This document shows, piece by piece, positions 12,677-38,659 of a stretch of DNA of 64,000 nucleotides. The stretch covers positions 434,001 through 498,000 of the forward strand of contig JAWQFM010000008.1 of assembly GCA_033442325.1 (NCBI GenBank), written 5' to 3'. The notes under the pieces were generated by a model. It searched no databases and was not told where the DNA came from. It saw only the letters and a list, made by a program, of their open reading frames with translations. Each line of letters starts with the position of its first letter. Positions within the stretch are counted from its first letter, which is position 1. This DNA is from Salpingoeca rosetta. Taxonomy: Eukaryota > Protista > Choanoflagellata. The position numbers were made by a program, and so were the translations under genes.

Positions 12677-15600
12677 CGTGCGTGTGTGCGTGTGTGTGTG
12701 TGCGTGTGTGTGCGTGTGTGTGTGCGTGTGTTATTGGACCTGTAGACGAGCTCGGCGACGCGGCGCTGCGCAGGGAACGGCTTCGTGACAGCAGAGAGGT
12801 CGCCAGCCGTCATGATGATCGACCGCAGAATGTCCTGAACGGCGGCGGCAGTGGCGGTAGTGGAGCACACAGGAATGAGGCCAGGGCAGTTGTAGGGCAC
12901 AAGCAAGCAAACGCATATTGCCCCAAAACAACATACAACTAAGTCAGCAAGCAAGCACGAGACAGCGACATCAACACACGCAAGCCAGCACCCAAGCAAA
13001 CGAACAAACAGGCCAAACCATATGCACAGGTCAGCGATACGCACCAAGTGCTCGCGTTTTGCCTTGTCGAAGGTCTTGTCGTCAACAAGCGCCTTGTACT
13101 CCTTGCGAATGCTAAAGTGGCGGCCAAGGTCGGTTGCAAGGATGGCAGATTCAATCTGCTTGATCGCCTGTTTGAATTTGGCGGCAGTTGGGGTGCAGGG
13201 GGTGTAGGGGCGAGTGTGTTTGTGTGTGCGCGTGAGGGTGAGTCATTGAGTGCATTTGTGTTCGTGTGTATGACAATGGAAAAGAAGGAGGAGGAGGAGG
13301 AGGATGTCGAAGATAAAAGCGTGTGGGAGTGATGCGGAATTGATGGCAAGGGAGGCGATGGTACTTGCATGGTACACGCCAATTGCATGCATACACATGA
13401 AAGTAAAACTACGCACACACATACACACACGCACACGCATACAACACGACCGTTGCACCTCAACAACGAAAACAAAACAACAACAACAACATCATCATCA
13501 TCATTGCCTGCGGGGTGTGTTGATACCTGTTCGTACTGCTTGGATGGCAGGGCAGCGAGGATGTTCTGGCCCTCTGTGCTGAGGATCGTCACCGCGCGGT
13601 CAAAGTGGTGGTGCTCGAGCGTCGACGTCGAGTACAGCTAAGGGGGCAGACACGCGTTTGTATGTGTGTATATGTGTGTTTGTGTGAGTTTTGTTTGTGT
13701 GTGAATGTGGGCCGACGTACAGACGTGTGCAAGTGCGTGCGTGTGAGGTGCGTGTGAGTGTGCGTGTGCATGAGGTGCGGTGCTGTAGACACGAGTGCAC
13801 GGGGCGTTGGTTGGTCTGGCTTACGTCGCCAAGAGGGGTGCTGTACTTCTTCTCGAATGTGTTGTTCGTGCCACTGCAATGGTTCGGACAAGAGCGGGCA
13901 CGTCGTGATGAGTTCGGATGACAGCTCGATCGGTGACAACAACAACAAGAACAAGAACAACAAGGACAAGAACAACAAGAACAAGAACAAGAACAAGAAC
14001 AAGAACAAGAACAACAGCGGCGGCGGCGCACCGGTGGTCGAGGTCGTGGGAGAGCGCGGCAATGAGGATGCCCGCCTTCTCGAGATCAGAGAAGTACGTC
14101 CCCATCTCAGAGCTCTGCAGTAGCGCAGCGGGTGCAGTAGCGCAGCGGTTGCATTGCCGTAATGGCGGCGGCGGTGGTGGTAACAGGAGAGTGACGTGAG
14201 AACAGGAGTGAAGGGTGCACAAGTTGCATGCGAGCAGGCACGACGTGGGCATGCATGAGCATGTGTGTATGTATGTGTGTGTGTGTGTATGTGTGTGTAT
14301 GTGTGTATATGTATGTATGTATGTGTGTGCGTGTCAACGCACCATGAGGGCACCATAGACAAACTGGCCCACGTTGAAGGCATGCTTCCAGTTGTGGTAC
14401 CTGCGCATACACGTCGACCAAGTACACGTAAGCTCAGTGAACTAAAATGAAACGTGCAGTCAGATGCAAATCCACCCTCATCACACGCACACACACACAG
14501 ACACGCACACACGCACACGCACACACAGACACGCACACGAAGAAGGTTCGCCGCACCTGACGTCGCGGTAGGAGCGCTTGACACAGATGAGCCAGGAGGA
14601 GAGGTCGTCGGGCCGCATGCGCAGCTTGCGAGCAAAGCCGCTGTCCGTGAACATTGCCCGCGCAGCGAGCAGCGTGTCGTCAATGTCAATCGACAGCGGG
14701 TCAAACGTGATGGAGCGCAGGCGCGTGCACAGCTCCCTACAGCAATGAACAAGACATGGTGGTGGTGGTGGTGGTGATGAGGAGGAGAGTAAGGCAGAGA
14801 GATCAGTGCACGTGGAGGAAGGGGAAAGATAGCGTCACAATCAATTACACAGCGTCTTGTGTCCGATTCCCGTTAAACACACACACAGAGCAACAGACAC
14901 ACACAGAGCAACAGACACAGACACACACACACACACACAGACACACACACACGCACACACAGACACACACGCACACAGACACGCACACGCACACACACAC
15001 ACACACACAGAGCACCAAGGACGCGACGTACTGCGGGGGCTCGGTGGTGGAGAGCTTCTCAACCTCCTGCGGGTGCGCGCGGGTGTGGTAGGACAGCATC
15101 TCCAGGGCAACCTGGTGGCGGCGGGCGTCACGCCGCACTTGGTCGTGCAGCTGCGCATTGTGCAGCGCAAGGCCGCAGTAGCCGGCAAACACCTGCAGAG
15201 AACGCGCAGGGGCCGGTGGGGCGTGGTGGAGATGGTGCGATAAGTGGGATGAGGGGGGGGGGAGAAGGGAGGTGGTAGTGCGGGATAGAACCAGTGGATG
15301 GCTCTGCGAACAGCAAAGCCCCACGTACGCACAACCGCACACGAGTATGTACACTTACACACTTACACACTTACGCAAACCAACAAACAAGCCAGCCAAC
15401 AAACCAACAACCAAAGTCTGTTGCGTACGTTGAGGCTCTTGACGTCGCGCTCCGTGAAAGGCCCGTCACCGTGCTTGTTGATGAGCTGCGTGACAGCAAT
15501 CACCTCGTCGTTGTTGTCGAAGATGGGCGTGCAGAGGATGTTGCGGGTCTTGAAGCCTGTCTTGTCGTCGATGGCGCGGTTGAAGCGGTCGTCAGCATAC

Positions 15601-16992
15601 GCATCGTGGATGTTGAGCGTCTCGCCAGTGGTGGCCACGTGCCCTGCAATGCCCGTTGTGGCCGGGAACGAAAACTGGTTGTCGTCGCTGTCCCCGACAC
15701 AGCCTTCCTCCGACACCTGGGGATGGAGGTGATGGAAACGGTCGCAGTGATGGTGGCAGTGATGGTGGCAGTGATGGTGGCCGTGGTGGTGATGGGACGT
15801 GGACGTGGGGAGGAGACAATGTGAGGCTGCTGGGTCAGTGGGTGCAAAGACACGCACGCAAACACACATGCACACACTCCTTCACTCAAAACGAGGCGTG
15901 GAGAACAGAACAGAACAGAGCAAGATGAGAGCAGTCAAACATGCACACGCCGATGCTTGTTGACGACTTACGTCGAAGGCCTGGCTGGAGAGCTCATTGG
16001 TCTCCTTGTCGTACTGTAAGTGTGTGCAAATGCGGCGGCAATCATGAGTCAGCGGTCCGTGTGTGCGTGTGTGTGTGTGTGCGTGCGTGCGTGTGTGTGT
16101 GTGTGTCAGTCAGAGACAAACACCAAGGGACTCGAGAAGAAGGTACGCCACCATTACAACCGCCCACCAATTGTAGTCGTTTGTCGCAACACAAGCACAG
16201 AAAGCCACAAAGCAGCCAACAGCGAGCGCACAACCCCCCCCCCCACACACATGAACGCGAAGAGCTGGGCACGTACGAGGAAGAGGGAGCATCTGTCGCA
16301 GTGGACGAGTTCAGCAGCGTGCTGCAGGATGGTTTCCACAACCTCCTTCGTGTCAGTTGTCTCCATGAGCGCAGCGCTGATGTCCAGCATGACAGTCGAG
16401 AACTTCTGCGCCAGGGCCAGCTCCCTCAGCGCCTGTGGTGTGCGGGTTGTGTGAGTCGGAGCGGATATGCTCTCTCACTCTCTCATCATGCTTGAGCTTG
16501 CCAAGCACAACACCGACACCCACCCACACATATACAAATGTACACACACATATATACAAATGTACACACACATATATATATATATATACAAATGTACACA
16601 CACACACACATAAACAAATGTACACACACACACTCTCTCTCTCTCTCTCTCGCACACACACACACACACATGTACACACACACTCTCTCTCACACACACT
16701 CACACACATGTACATGCACACACACGCAAACCTCGGCGACGGTGGTGGGGTCCTTTTGCATCCATTGCTTGAGCTCGTCTGCGGACTTGTGGGTGATGTC
16801 AAGGTCTTCCATGCTCTTGAATGGAACCTCGAGGCTCTGCATGCGCTGGCTGGCGAGCGAGGCGCGGCGGCGCAGCATGTTCTTCCTGTTGGCAGGGTCG
16901 GGCGGTGGTGAACTGGTGTCCTGGGCAGGCTTTGCGTGGGATGCTTCTTGCTGTGGTGACAGCGCGGCGGGGGTGTCTTGCGTTCGAAGCAT
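11705..16992 (-). CDS. Class I cyclic nucleotide phosphodiesterase with one GAF domain (PDE5/10/11-like), about 16 exons
   Basis: GAF: [45 protein letters not shown]...FTERD. Catalytic: [55 protein letters not shown]. Confidence 0.93.
13937..14016 (+). repeat. (AACAAG)n hexamer microsatellite in a PDE intron
   Basis: Tandem aacaag units visible directly. Confidence 0.85.
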
Positions 16993-19183
16993 GGCGGTGT
17001 TGGCGGTTGGCGGGTGGGAGGCGATGGTGGCGGTCGGTCGCGGCGGTGGAGTTGGTATGGACGGAGAAGAGGGATGAAGGAGGACGAATGAGGACGTGCA
17101 GTTGACGTGAGGGCGCGCGATTGGTTGGTGGGTTGGTTGGTTGGAGATAGAAAATGAACGGTCAAAGAAAGGGAAGCGTTCGGAGAGAATGCAAACGGCA
17201 AGCGTATGATGAAGGAGAGCGAATGTGGTCCGGCAGACGGTGTAGGCGAGTGAGTGTGTGCGTGAGTGAGTGAGAGAGAGAGGGTGTGTGTGTGCGTGTG
17301 CGTGAGTGAGGGGTAGACAAAGAAGGAGAAATCGAGCACGCGGGATCAACGGTTACGGCATAGGTGTGCACAAGCAAGGATGAGTCGTGGAGTTAGTGCA
17401 ACCGAGAGGTATGTGATGTGGTGGTGATATGGAGGTGCACGGAAGCAAGCAAGAAGTGGGAAACAAAAGAGAAAGTGGGAAGCAAGCGATGGGAGAAGGG
17501 AGAAACGCCACAAGAAGCAAAGGGAGCGAGTGAGGAGGCGGGGGGGGGAAACGCGTGGCGATTGTCAAAGCAAAGACGCACACAAATTGGTTGTCAAGAA
17601 TGGATGGCGGTGATGTGGCTGGCGGTTGGCGTTGTTGGCGTTGGCGTTGTCGCGTGTGCGGGCAACCAAGAGGACTTCTGTATTATCTTACCGGCGCTTT
17701 GGTTGGTTGGTTGGGGGGAGGGGTCTGGCTTCCGTGGCTGGGTCCTGACAAAGATCAGAGAGGTTGGGGATGGCAAGAACTGAGCTGCGTGGGTTGGCTG
17801 GCGTATCAGCGTGTTGGTGTGTTGGGTGTGTGTGTGTGTGTTGGGTGTGTTAGTTGTTGGTGGTGGTCCCACGTCAGTGAAGGCTCGTCTGGCTGGCTGG
17901 AAACGGACCAGGAAGCGAGATGCGATGATGAAAAAGGAAGCGAAGCAAAAAAGTCAACCGTCATACACCCTCGCCTCTTCAACGCCACGCAACGCAACGC
18001 ACCTGCCTGCGCGATCGGAACTTCGTCGCCTTGAAGCACAATAAATGCACATCAAATCACCTTGTTGGGACAAAAAAATTAAAACGTTGCGCACACAGAA
18101 CAACACAGGATAAACAGTAGTTGACGGGTGCGTGTGCTTTGGCCTGCTTGCTTGCTTGCTTCACTTGCTTGGCTTGCTTTCTTGCTGTGTGGTCGTTGTT
18201 GGTTGGTTTTGGTTTGGTTGTTGGTTTTGGCGGACGCTTGCATTCTCCCCCCCTCAACACGCATCAACATCGCTTCCCCTTGCCCGCCTTCCTCAACATC
18301 CAACTCACACCACCGCCACCACCACCGCTTCGACACAGACAGACGGGAGAAAGAGGATTGGGCAGTCCCTCACGCCCTCTCCCCCCTTCCCCCCTTCCCT
18401 CCTTTGTCTTCCCTTGTTTTCGACAAGCCGTGTCCTCATCAGCACAACAACAACAACAACAACACCACCACCACCACCACCACCACCACCCCAAACATAC
18501 GACCAAGAGCACCACCCACCCACCACGTCCTTGGATCGACACAACCCTCATCAAGCGAGCAACACGGCATCCAACTAGTCATCCAACCAGGACCGCTGCA
18601 AGGTGAAGGAACACAAGCGATTGCTTCTTCACGTAACATCCGCGTTCATCCTTTCTCCGTGTCGACCGCGCATGCCTGTTGCCTTGCTTGGTGTGCGTCT
18701 TTGCTCGCCATGGGATGGGTCGCGGTGCCTTTGCTTGTTCTTTGTGGTTTGAACCACCCTTCTTGCTTGCACCTCGTGCCCGTACCTGCACGTTGGTGTC
18801 TTGTGCTTGCACTTCGTGCTTGTGCTGGCGCTGGTGTTATCAACCTGATCGCTTTGCGTATACGCAGTCGACACAGCATTCGACACATCATTTGATGTAT
18901 ATCGCACTTGTACACGGGTGTGGGTCTTGTTTGATTGTTCTTGTCGATGTCTGCTTCCTGTCACTGCAAAAACATACTCATGCATGAACGCACCCACACA
19001 CACCACACACGCGCACACACTACTACACACACACACACACACGCACACACCACACCCGCGTACACACTACCACACACACACACACGCACGCACCACCACC
19101 ACGCACACTACCACACACACGCACACACACGCACACACCACTACAAACACACACTCATGTACAGACTGGCGTGACTTGTCGAC

Positions 19184-19699
19184 ATGAGCTCCCACCAACC
19201 GAGCGATGGCTTGACTGCAACAAACAGCTCTGTCGACGACAGCCAAGCCCGTCAACAGGGCCACCAGCACCGTGTGCAACGGCTGGCAGCGACCGCCGCC
19301 GATGATGCCCAGGAGTCGCCCGCAAGCAAGCGCGCAAAGCTGAGCAACGACAGCAACACCCAGGCAGCCTCAATCGACACACCCCAACTACAGCTGCAGC
19401 CACAGCGACAAGTCGCAGCAACAACAACAACAACAAACCCGCAGGCTGGTCATGAGCTCCAGCCACAACCAACCACATCGGATATCGTGGCACATGCCGT
19501 CCTTCACCACCTGCGCGAGATTGTGCCGCTCCTGAAGGACCCCCGGCAGCGTCCACACGCTGCCGCAACCCTGCGCACCCTCCTCACCAGCGGCGAACTG
19601 GCAATGCAGCTCGCCTCCTCACCCATCATCAGGGACTTGCAGGACGGGGTCCGCACCACCATCGACCCCAAAATTTCTGAGCAGCAACAGCACGAACAA

Positions 19700-19738
<39 letters not shown>

Positions 19739-22700
19739 CAACAACAACAACAACAACCGCAAGAGCAACAGCAGCGGCAAGACGAGTCCACTGGCGCGCT
19801 TGTTCCAGTCAACGCAGTGGGTGTACTGCCTGCCGTTGGGGAGGGCAAACACCCCGAATACGGCAACGACGATGCAACAAATGACGGGGCCGCCGATGAG
19901 GGGCCGGACGAGCTGGACGCAGCGAGCACAGACTCTGACGAAACAGTCAGTGGTCGCTCCACCCCCATCAACGCGCAAACTACCAGCGCAACCACCAACA
20001 GTAATCGCGCCGAAACGAACGCTGCACTCACCACCGCGTCTGCAAACAGCCCACATCCCCACCAGCATCCACAGCAACAGCAGCAGCATAGTACTGGGCA
20101 GCGGGCGGCGCGCGCGAGCCTGTCGACATCTTCATCGGCATCGCCACAGTCCCGCGCACCAAGCACGACCGACAGCGACGCCGGCGATGGCGATTTGCCG
20201 AGCAAGCGAAGCAAGCGCATGACCCCGCCCTCAGCGGTGCCCCACCAGCGTGGCGGTGTCACAGGGGAGTCGCAGCGGGCGCTGGTGGCACGGCTGTTCC
20301 CTCGGCGCGACACATGCGCCAACATCCTCATGCACGTCGCCGTGCGCTTCCCGCACATGTCCCGGCTGGTGGTGGAGACGCTTGGGCAGGAGCAGCTGCT
20401 GAACGAGCTTGCGTCACAGGGGGACGAGAAGGCTGCGGTTCGGGTGCTGGTGGAGGCCAAGGCCCTGCCCTACGCGGTACAGCGGTTCGTGGGCAGCCCA
20501 CATCAGCAACACCCGTACCTGCTGGTGCTGCTGGAGCACACCACCCTGGCCGACCTCATTGCAAAGGCGCTGCGGACAGATGAACTGTCGTTTCTGCGCC
20601 AGTGGGTCGGCACCACAGCCATCAGCAGCAACAGCAGCAACAGCAGCAACAGGAGCGACAGCGACGCCTCCAGGCCGGACGTAGCAACGCCAGCGCCAAT
20701 GATGTCGGTACTTGCGCTGTGTCGCATGCTTCACGCCGTGTGCACGACATTCCCGTTTGACGCGGTGTCGCCGCACGTGTCCCGCATCGACGTGCTGGCG
20801 CAGATGGCGTGCACCGCCGACGACAAGCGGCACATGTTTTCCCTCCTCGTGGCCATGGCAAAGGCAGACGCGCGCTGGAAGCGGCGGGTGGTGGATGCGT
20901 TTGGGGCGCCATACTTTGCGGCCATCATTGAGAGCGCCATCGTGCCATTGGACGTGCGTGTCCTGTGCAGCCAGTTTATGGCCATGGCGGTGTCGGACCA
21001 GCGCGTGGCGCAGGCGTTTGCGGACGCCATGTCCTGCGACGTGTTGCGCAACGTGCTGCTGAGCACCATCCAGGAGCCGCTCGCCCGCGGCCTGCTGGAG
21101 CTGCTGCTGGAGGTGGCCAAGAGGGTACAGCTGACGTCGCACCAGGTGTCCAGCCTGCTTCACGAGCGCTACATTGCCATGGTCACGCACGCGCCCACGC
21201 GCACGGTGGTGATCAAGCTGTTCAACACGCTGCGGGAGCGCGGGTACGAGCAGGCGGTTGCAGAGCACGTCAACGTGCAGTCGTGGCTCGGCTGCCTGTC
21301 GGACGCCTCTGTGCAGCTGCGCATCCTCATCCTCAAGTTTCTGGTGGAGCTGCCGCGCTCCAAGTACACACAGCTGCACCCGCTCTCTGAGCAGCTGATG
21401 CAGCTGGGGCACCTGCTGGAGCACCCCTCGCTGAACCTGCGCGCCAGCATCACCGCCCTCTTCCGGCACCTTGCCTCGGGCAGCGAGGACAGGAAGGTTG
21501 CCATCTTCCAGTGTGTGCAGCACCACCTGCAGCCGCTGCGGAACGTGCTGCAGGCGCCCATCTCCGACCCGCCCCGCCGCTACATCAACGCCGTGGTGGT
21601 GCGCGAGGTGCTTGCGTTTTTCAAGTGCATGACCTCTGTGGAAGGCCCGCGCAAGATGCGCATCTTCACCTCCATCGACCCGCACGCGGTGGCGGCGCTG
21701 CTGTTTGACACGCGGGACGTGCAGGTGCAGGAGCAGGCCGCGGGCTTTCTGCGCAACCTCACCCACGGCGACAACCACCGCAAGCAGATTATCTTCCAGA
21801 GCCTGCCCGGGCGGCTGCAGTCGCTGCTGCACAGCCCGTCGGCGCGCGTGGTGCAGTCTGTCGCCGGGCTGCTGCAGAACCTGTGCACGCGCAGCGAGGC
21901 CCGCAGGGCGCGCGTGTTTGACCGGCTGAACCTGAACGACATTGTTGGGCTGCTGAAACACCCCGACCCGCACGTGAAGGCGCCCGCGGCGGGGCTGCTC
22001 ATGAACCTGTGCCGCACAGACCACCGGCGCAAGCTGGCCATTGTCAAGGCCGTGCCCTTGAACCTCATCCACTCGTTTTACAACAACGGGCAGCTGCATC
22101 GCGCGTGTCGGGAGCAGGTCAACGGCCTGATCCAGCACCTCACTGCCGCCTTTTCGTCGCTCGTTGCCGACGGGTACATCCTCAACGACATGCAGCTGCC
22201 CTTTGTGCGCAACGCCGATGGGTCCACGGCACCGCCACCGCCGCCTCCACCTCCACCGCCGCCTGATGACGGAAACGACGGGCCCCCTGGCAACAACGGT
22301 GGAGGGCCTGGCCCAGGCCACCGCCACAACCACCACCATCGCCGTATCCAGCACGTGCACGTGCATGCGCACCTCCACCCACACCAACACCAGCACCAAC
22401 ACCAGCAGCATCAGCAGCATCAGCAACAGCACCAGCAACAGCAGCCGCACGGTGGCGGCCCTGGTGGCGCTGGCACTGGTGCTGGCGGTGGAGGTGGAGG
22501 CCCCAACCGGGGTGGCGTGAACCGCGGCCACCCGCAGGCGAGAGCAGCGACTGCAGCTGGCGCGCAGCCCGGGCAGCGGCGGTACTACCTGCGCGGCAGG
22601 GCGTTTGAGAATGCCACGCGAGGTGGTGCCGCCGCCGCCGTGGCACGACGTGTGAGTACAAGCGACAATGGCGCAGCTGCGAGGAGACGAGGGCAGCCTC

Positions 22701-22886
22701 CCGTGTTTCTCACCGGGCGCCATCGGCGAGAGTGGGAGCAGCAGTATCAACAGCTTCAGCAGGACCAGGAGCAGGAGCGTCGGCGGCGGCAGCAGTTGCG
22801 CGAGCAGGAGCAGGAGCGTCAACGGCGGCAGCAGTTGCGCGAGCAGTACATGGCGTTGCGTAGGCGGCAGCGGCAGCAGCAGCGGC

Positions 22887-22923
<37 letters not shown>

Positions 22924-23011
22924 GCAACAGCAACAGCAACAGCAACATCAGCAAGGAGGCAACCAAGAAGGCTCGAGCAACAATGGGCCGAGTGAGCAGC
23001 GCGGGCAATAG
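19184..23011 (+). CDS. Intronless 1275-aa armadillo/HEAT-repeat protein with polyQ, polyP and His-rich disordered ends
   Basis: Long uninterrupted ORF with high GC3. ARM-like helices QEQAAGFLRNLT, VQSVAGLLQNLC and KAPAAGLLMNLC recur at about 41-42 aa spacing. Confidence 0.85.
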
Positions 23012-23628
23012 CCCCCACATACAGGCCGCTTACCTCTTTGTTGTAATGGCTGCAGTGATTGGGCAACTGGCATTTGCGGTGTTTGAAGCGTGTGCATGGT
23101 GTGAGTGTGTGTGTGTGTGTGTGTGTGCGTGTGTGTGTGTGTGCGTGTGTGTGTCTGTGTGTTGCAGTTGGCGTGCATGGCCATGCCAGTGTTGTATGGG
23201 TGGTGGTGATGACGTTTGGCGCAGTGACGAGTGTATTGGAGCGATATGACATGCCATGAATGCGAGCTGCATGGGTGCGTTTCATGGTGCGAAGGCTTGT
23301 ATTTGTGGGGTCGCTCCTGAGACGTGTAAACGGCTGCGTTTTTATCTTGTGACCAGACCACAGGCATTGCCACCGTTGCGTGTGGCGGGAGAGGGGGGCA
23401 AAGTGCAAGGGGGAAGGAGGAAGTTTAACATCACAGGGGAGATGAGACATGCAGAGTGGCAGGGTTCAGACCGAGTGGGCACACGCACTGAGTGAGGGAA
23501 ACAAGGGAGAGACGCATGACACGAACCAGAGAAAAAGTGGGTGTGGCGGAGGATGTGTGCCTTATGTATTGCGCAGTTTGCCAGCCGTGCAGTGTAACAG
23601 CCGTGTGACAAGGGGGGGGGGCGTGAGG

Positions 23629-27853
<4,225 letters not shown>

Positions 27854-28141
27854 CTCCTTGATTCCGCTGTGGTTGATTGATGTCCTGTGGGCGTTGTGCT
27901 GCAGGTAACGTGCTGCGGGTGATGTGGCGTGAGGTGATGTGCTGTGGGTGATGTGATGATGTGGCTCGCAGTTTGTCCTTCTTTGGTGTGTTGTGCAAGC
28001 AAGGTCGGTGTTGGTGGAAATGCTTGGCTGGTCCTGCCTGCCTCAAATCAGTTGTTGCTTCACTTGCGTCTTGTTTGCCGCTTTTGCTGACATACAAATG
28101 CTGACTCAGCAATAATCGTTTCCTGCACGCAGCGCCGATCG

Positions 28142-29417
28142 ATGATGATGAGCAGCAACAACAGTGTCAGCGACAGTGGCGACGGCAGCGCCGAGCTCTT
28201 GCAGCTCGCTGTCCTTCCTGCATGTCTCCTCGCAGCAGAGGTCGGTGGGCGTGCGTGTGCATGTGTGTGACGTGCGATGCGTGGGTGTGACGTGCGATGT
28301 GTGTGTGTGTGTGTGTGTGACGTGCGATGCGTCGGTGTGACGTGCGATGTGTGTGTGTGTGCATGTGTGTGACGTGCGATGTGTGTGTGTGTGTGTGTGG
28401 CTGTGTCTGTAACATGCACACACACACACACACACTCTCTCTCTCTCCATCCCATATCTCTCTCCCCCTCTCTGTCCTTCTTTCTCTACCTATCTGTGTT
28501 GTAACAATCCGACGTCATCATGGCCATGTCACATCACACGCAATGCTGAAATAGCCCGCAATAGCGAGCGCGCAGTACATGTCACATGAGATGGGATGAT
28601 GTGGCATGGCATCCACACACACAAACACACATACACACAAACACACATACACACAAAACATGCAAGTAAGGTGACATGCCGGTGCTTTCTCTTTTTGTGC
28701 ATTTCTAGGTGGCTTATGTCTGGTACTGCGCAACTGTGAGGCACGCAGAGCCCTCTGAGGACACCAAGGAGCAGTTGCACACCGCTCACCGCAAGCCCCA
28801 ACCATATGAACTCACAAACCTCGGCTACGACTTTCACATCAACACGCCCTACTCCTTTGGCATCCGACCCACATCGTCCAACAGCCCGCACCCAAACGGC
28901 TCGTTCTATGGCGGCGTCGCCCTCCCAGACATACACGTTTCCATCACCCACGTTGATTCGTAAGTGAATTGCGTGTGTGTGTCTGTGTGTGTGTCTGTGT
29001 GTGTCTGTGCCTGTGTCTCAGTGTGTCTCAGTGCGTAGCGTTGAGCATGTCTGTGTCTGTGTGTCTGTGTCTGTGGTTGTGGTTGCGTTTGTGTCTGTGT
29101 CTGTGTCTGTGTCTGTGTCTGTGTGAACGATGGGATAAACCTGCACTTGGACTTCACAAGACACACACACACGCCACCGACCGTTTGCTTTGCATCTTCA
29201 CACAAAGGTCACCTCTGCATTCTGCAACCAACACACACACACTCACGCACGCACAACTGTGTGCAGTCAAGAGCCTGCGGAAGTGTACAAAGTGGACGTG
29301 CATGATGGATCGTACATTGTGTCGTTCATGTCAGGGATCACGGGTCTGCACGAGATTGAGGCCAGAGTGAACGGCCATCACATTGAAGACTCGCCACGAC
29401 TCATCCTGCTCCAATGA
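28142..29417 (+). CDS. Small protein (about 165 aa) with an N-terminal hydrophobic segment and a filamin/ABP280-type Ig repeat. Exons 28142-28240, 28709-28959, 29267-29417
   Basis: Phase-consistent GT-AG introns. The C-terminus DVHDGSYIVSF...GLHEIEARVNGHHIEDSP matches the filamin repeat consensus (DGTY.V.Y....G.Y.I.V...G.HI.GSP). Confidence 0.7.
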
Positions 29418-29772
29418 ATGCGTGAATGGATGCATGACGGAACGTTCTGTGTTGATGCGGTGACGCGTGCCTGTTATCTACGTCAGCCGCGTCCCTCTCG
29501 CAAACGTTGCTTTGCATCACGTGCCGAGAAGATGATGTCACATCATCGCAGCACAACAATGTAAACTGTAATGTAGCTTTGCTTCTTGCTTGATCGTGCT
29601 ATGAAATGATTGCGTGTATTCTTGTTTCAAGCTCCATCGGGAGCCCGCGTGTACATAAAGAAGGCAAAGCCTAGTTCGTATGTCATCCAAACGACACACT
29701 CCGTGCACACACAACCCAACACACACACACACCCAACACACACCATACAGACAGATAGACACCTGCTGCGTA

Positions 29773-36966
<7,194 letters not shown>

Positions 36967-37024
36967 TTCCGGTTGTGTTGTTGTTGTGTTGGGTTGGACG
37001 TTTGTGTCATCAACGACAACAACG

Positions 37025-38093
<1,069 letters not shown>

Positions 38094-38659
38094 CATGCTC
38101 TCCCTTGCCATGACGCCCACGCCGTGGCAGCTTTGTCCATAGTCTGTGTGCATGCTCGATGTGATGTCAAGTGGCTTCGTGCATGCCCACTTCTTTTGTT
38201 ACTTTCCGCTGTGCACACGCGCGCAGTCTTGACACAGTACACCCGCCACCAGAGCAGATGTGAACGAGGAATGTAATGTGTTGTGGTATCGTGCTGCGGG
38301 TGTCATTGCATTGGCCGCCTTGGGTTCATTGCATCGCCTTGTGACTTGTGTATTGAGAGGGAACAGTGATGACATAACCATATCACACGCGAGCACGCTT
38401 GCATGCGTGCATGCAAGCTCGGGGGGGGGGGCAGAAGAAAAGCATCAGTAACACGGAGGAAAGCAAGAAAGCCCAAGATGGGCACAAAGGGGAAAGGTCC
38501 CCTCACGCACGCACTGACACACACAAACACACACACACACACAAACACACACGATACTGGCGAAGCAGTGTCAACGTCAACGCCAGGAAATGACACGGCA
38601 AAATGCGGTACAGTCAGTGCGGGAGTGTGTGTGTGCATGCTTGCTTCGCGGGTGCCAGT

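Noticed and set aside
17000-19180. Possible genes between the PDE and ARM genes
   Set aside because: Low-complexity sequence with no coding bias or motifs; most likely UTRs, UTR introns and a divergent promoter.
20414-23020. 868-aa antisense ORF (also 1394-3046 and 6560-7906)
   Set aside because: Shadow frames of GC3-rich coding sequence on the opposite strand, with no recognisable motifs.
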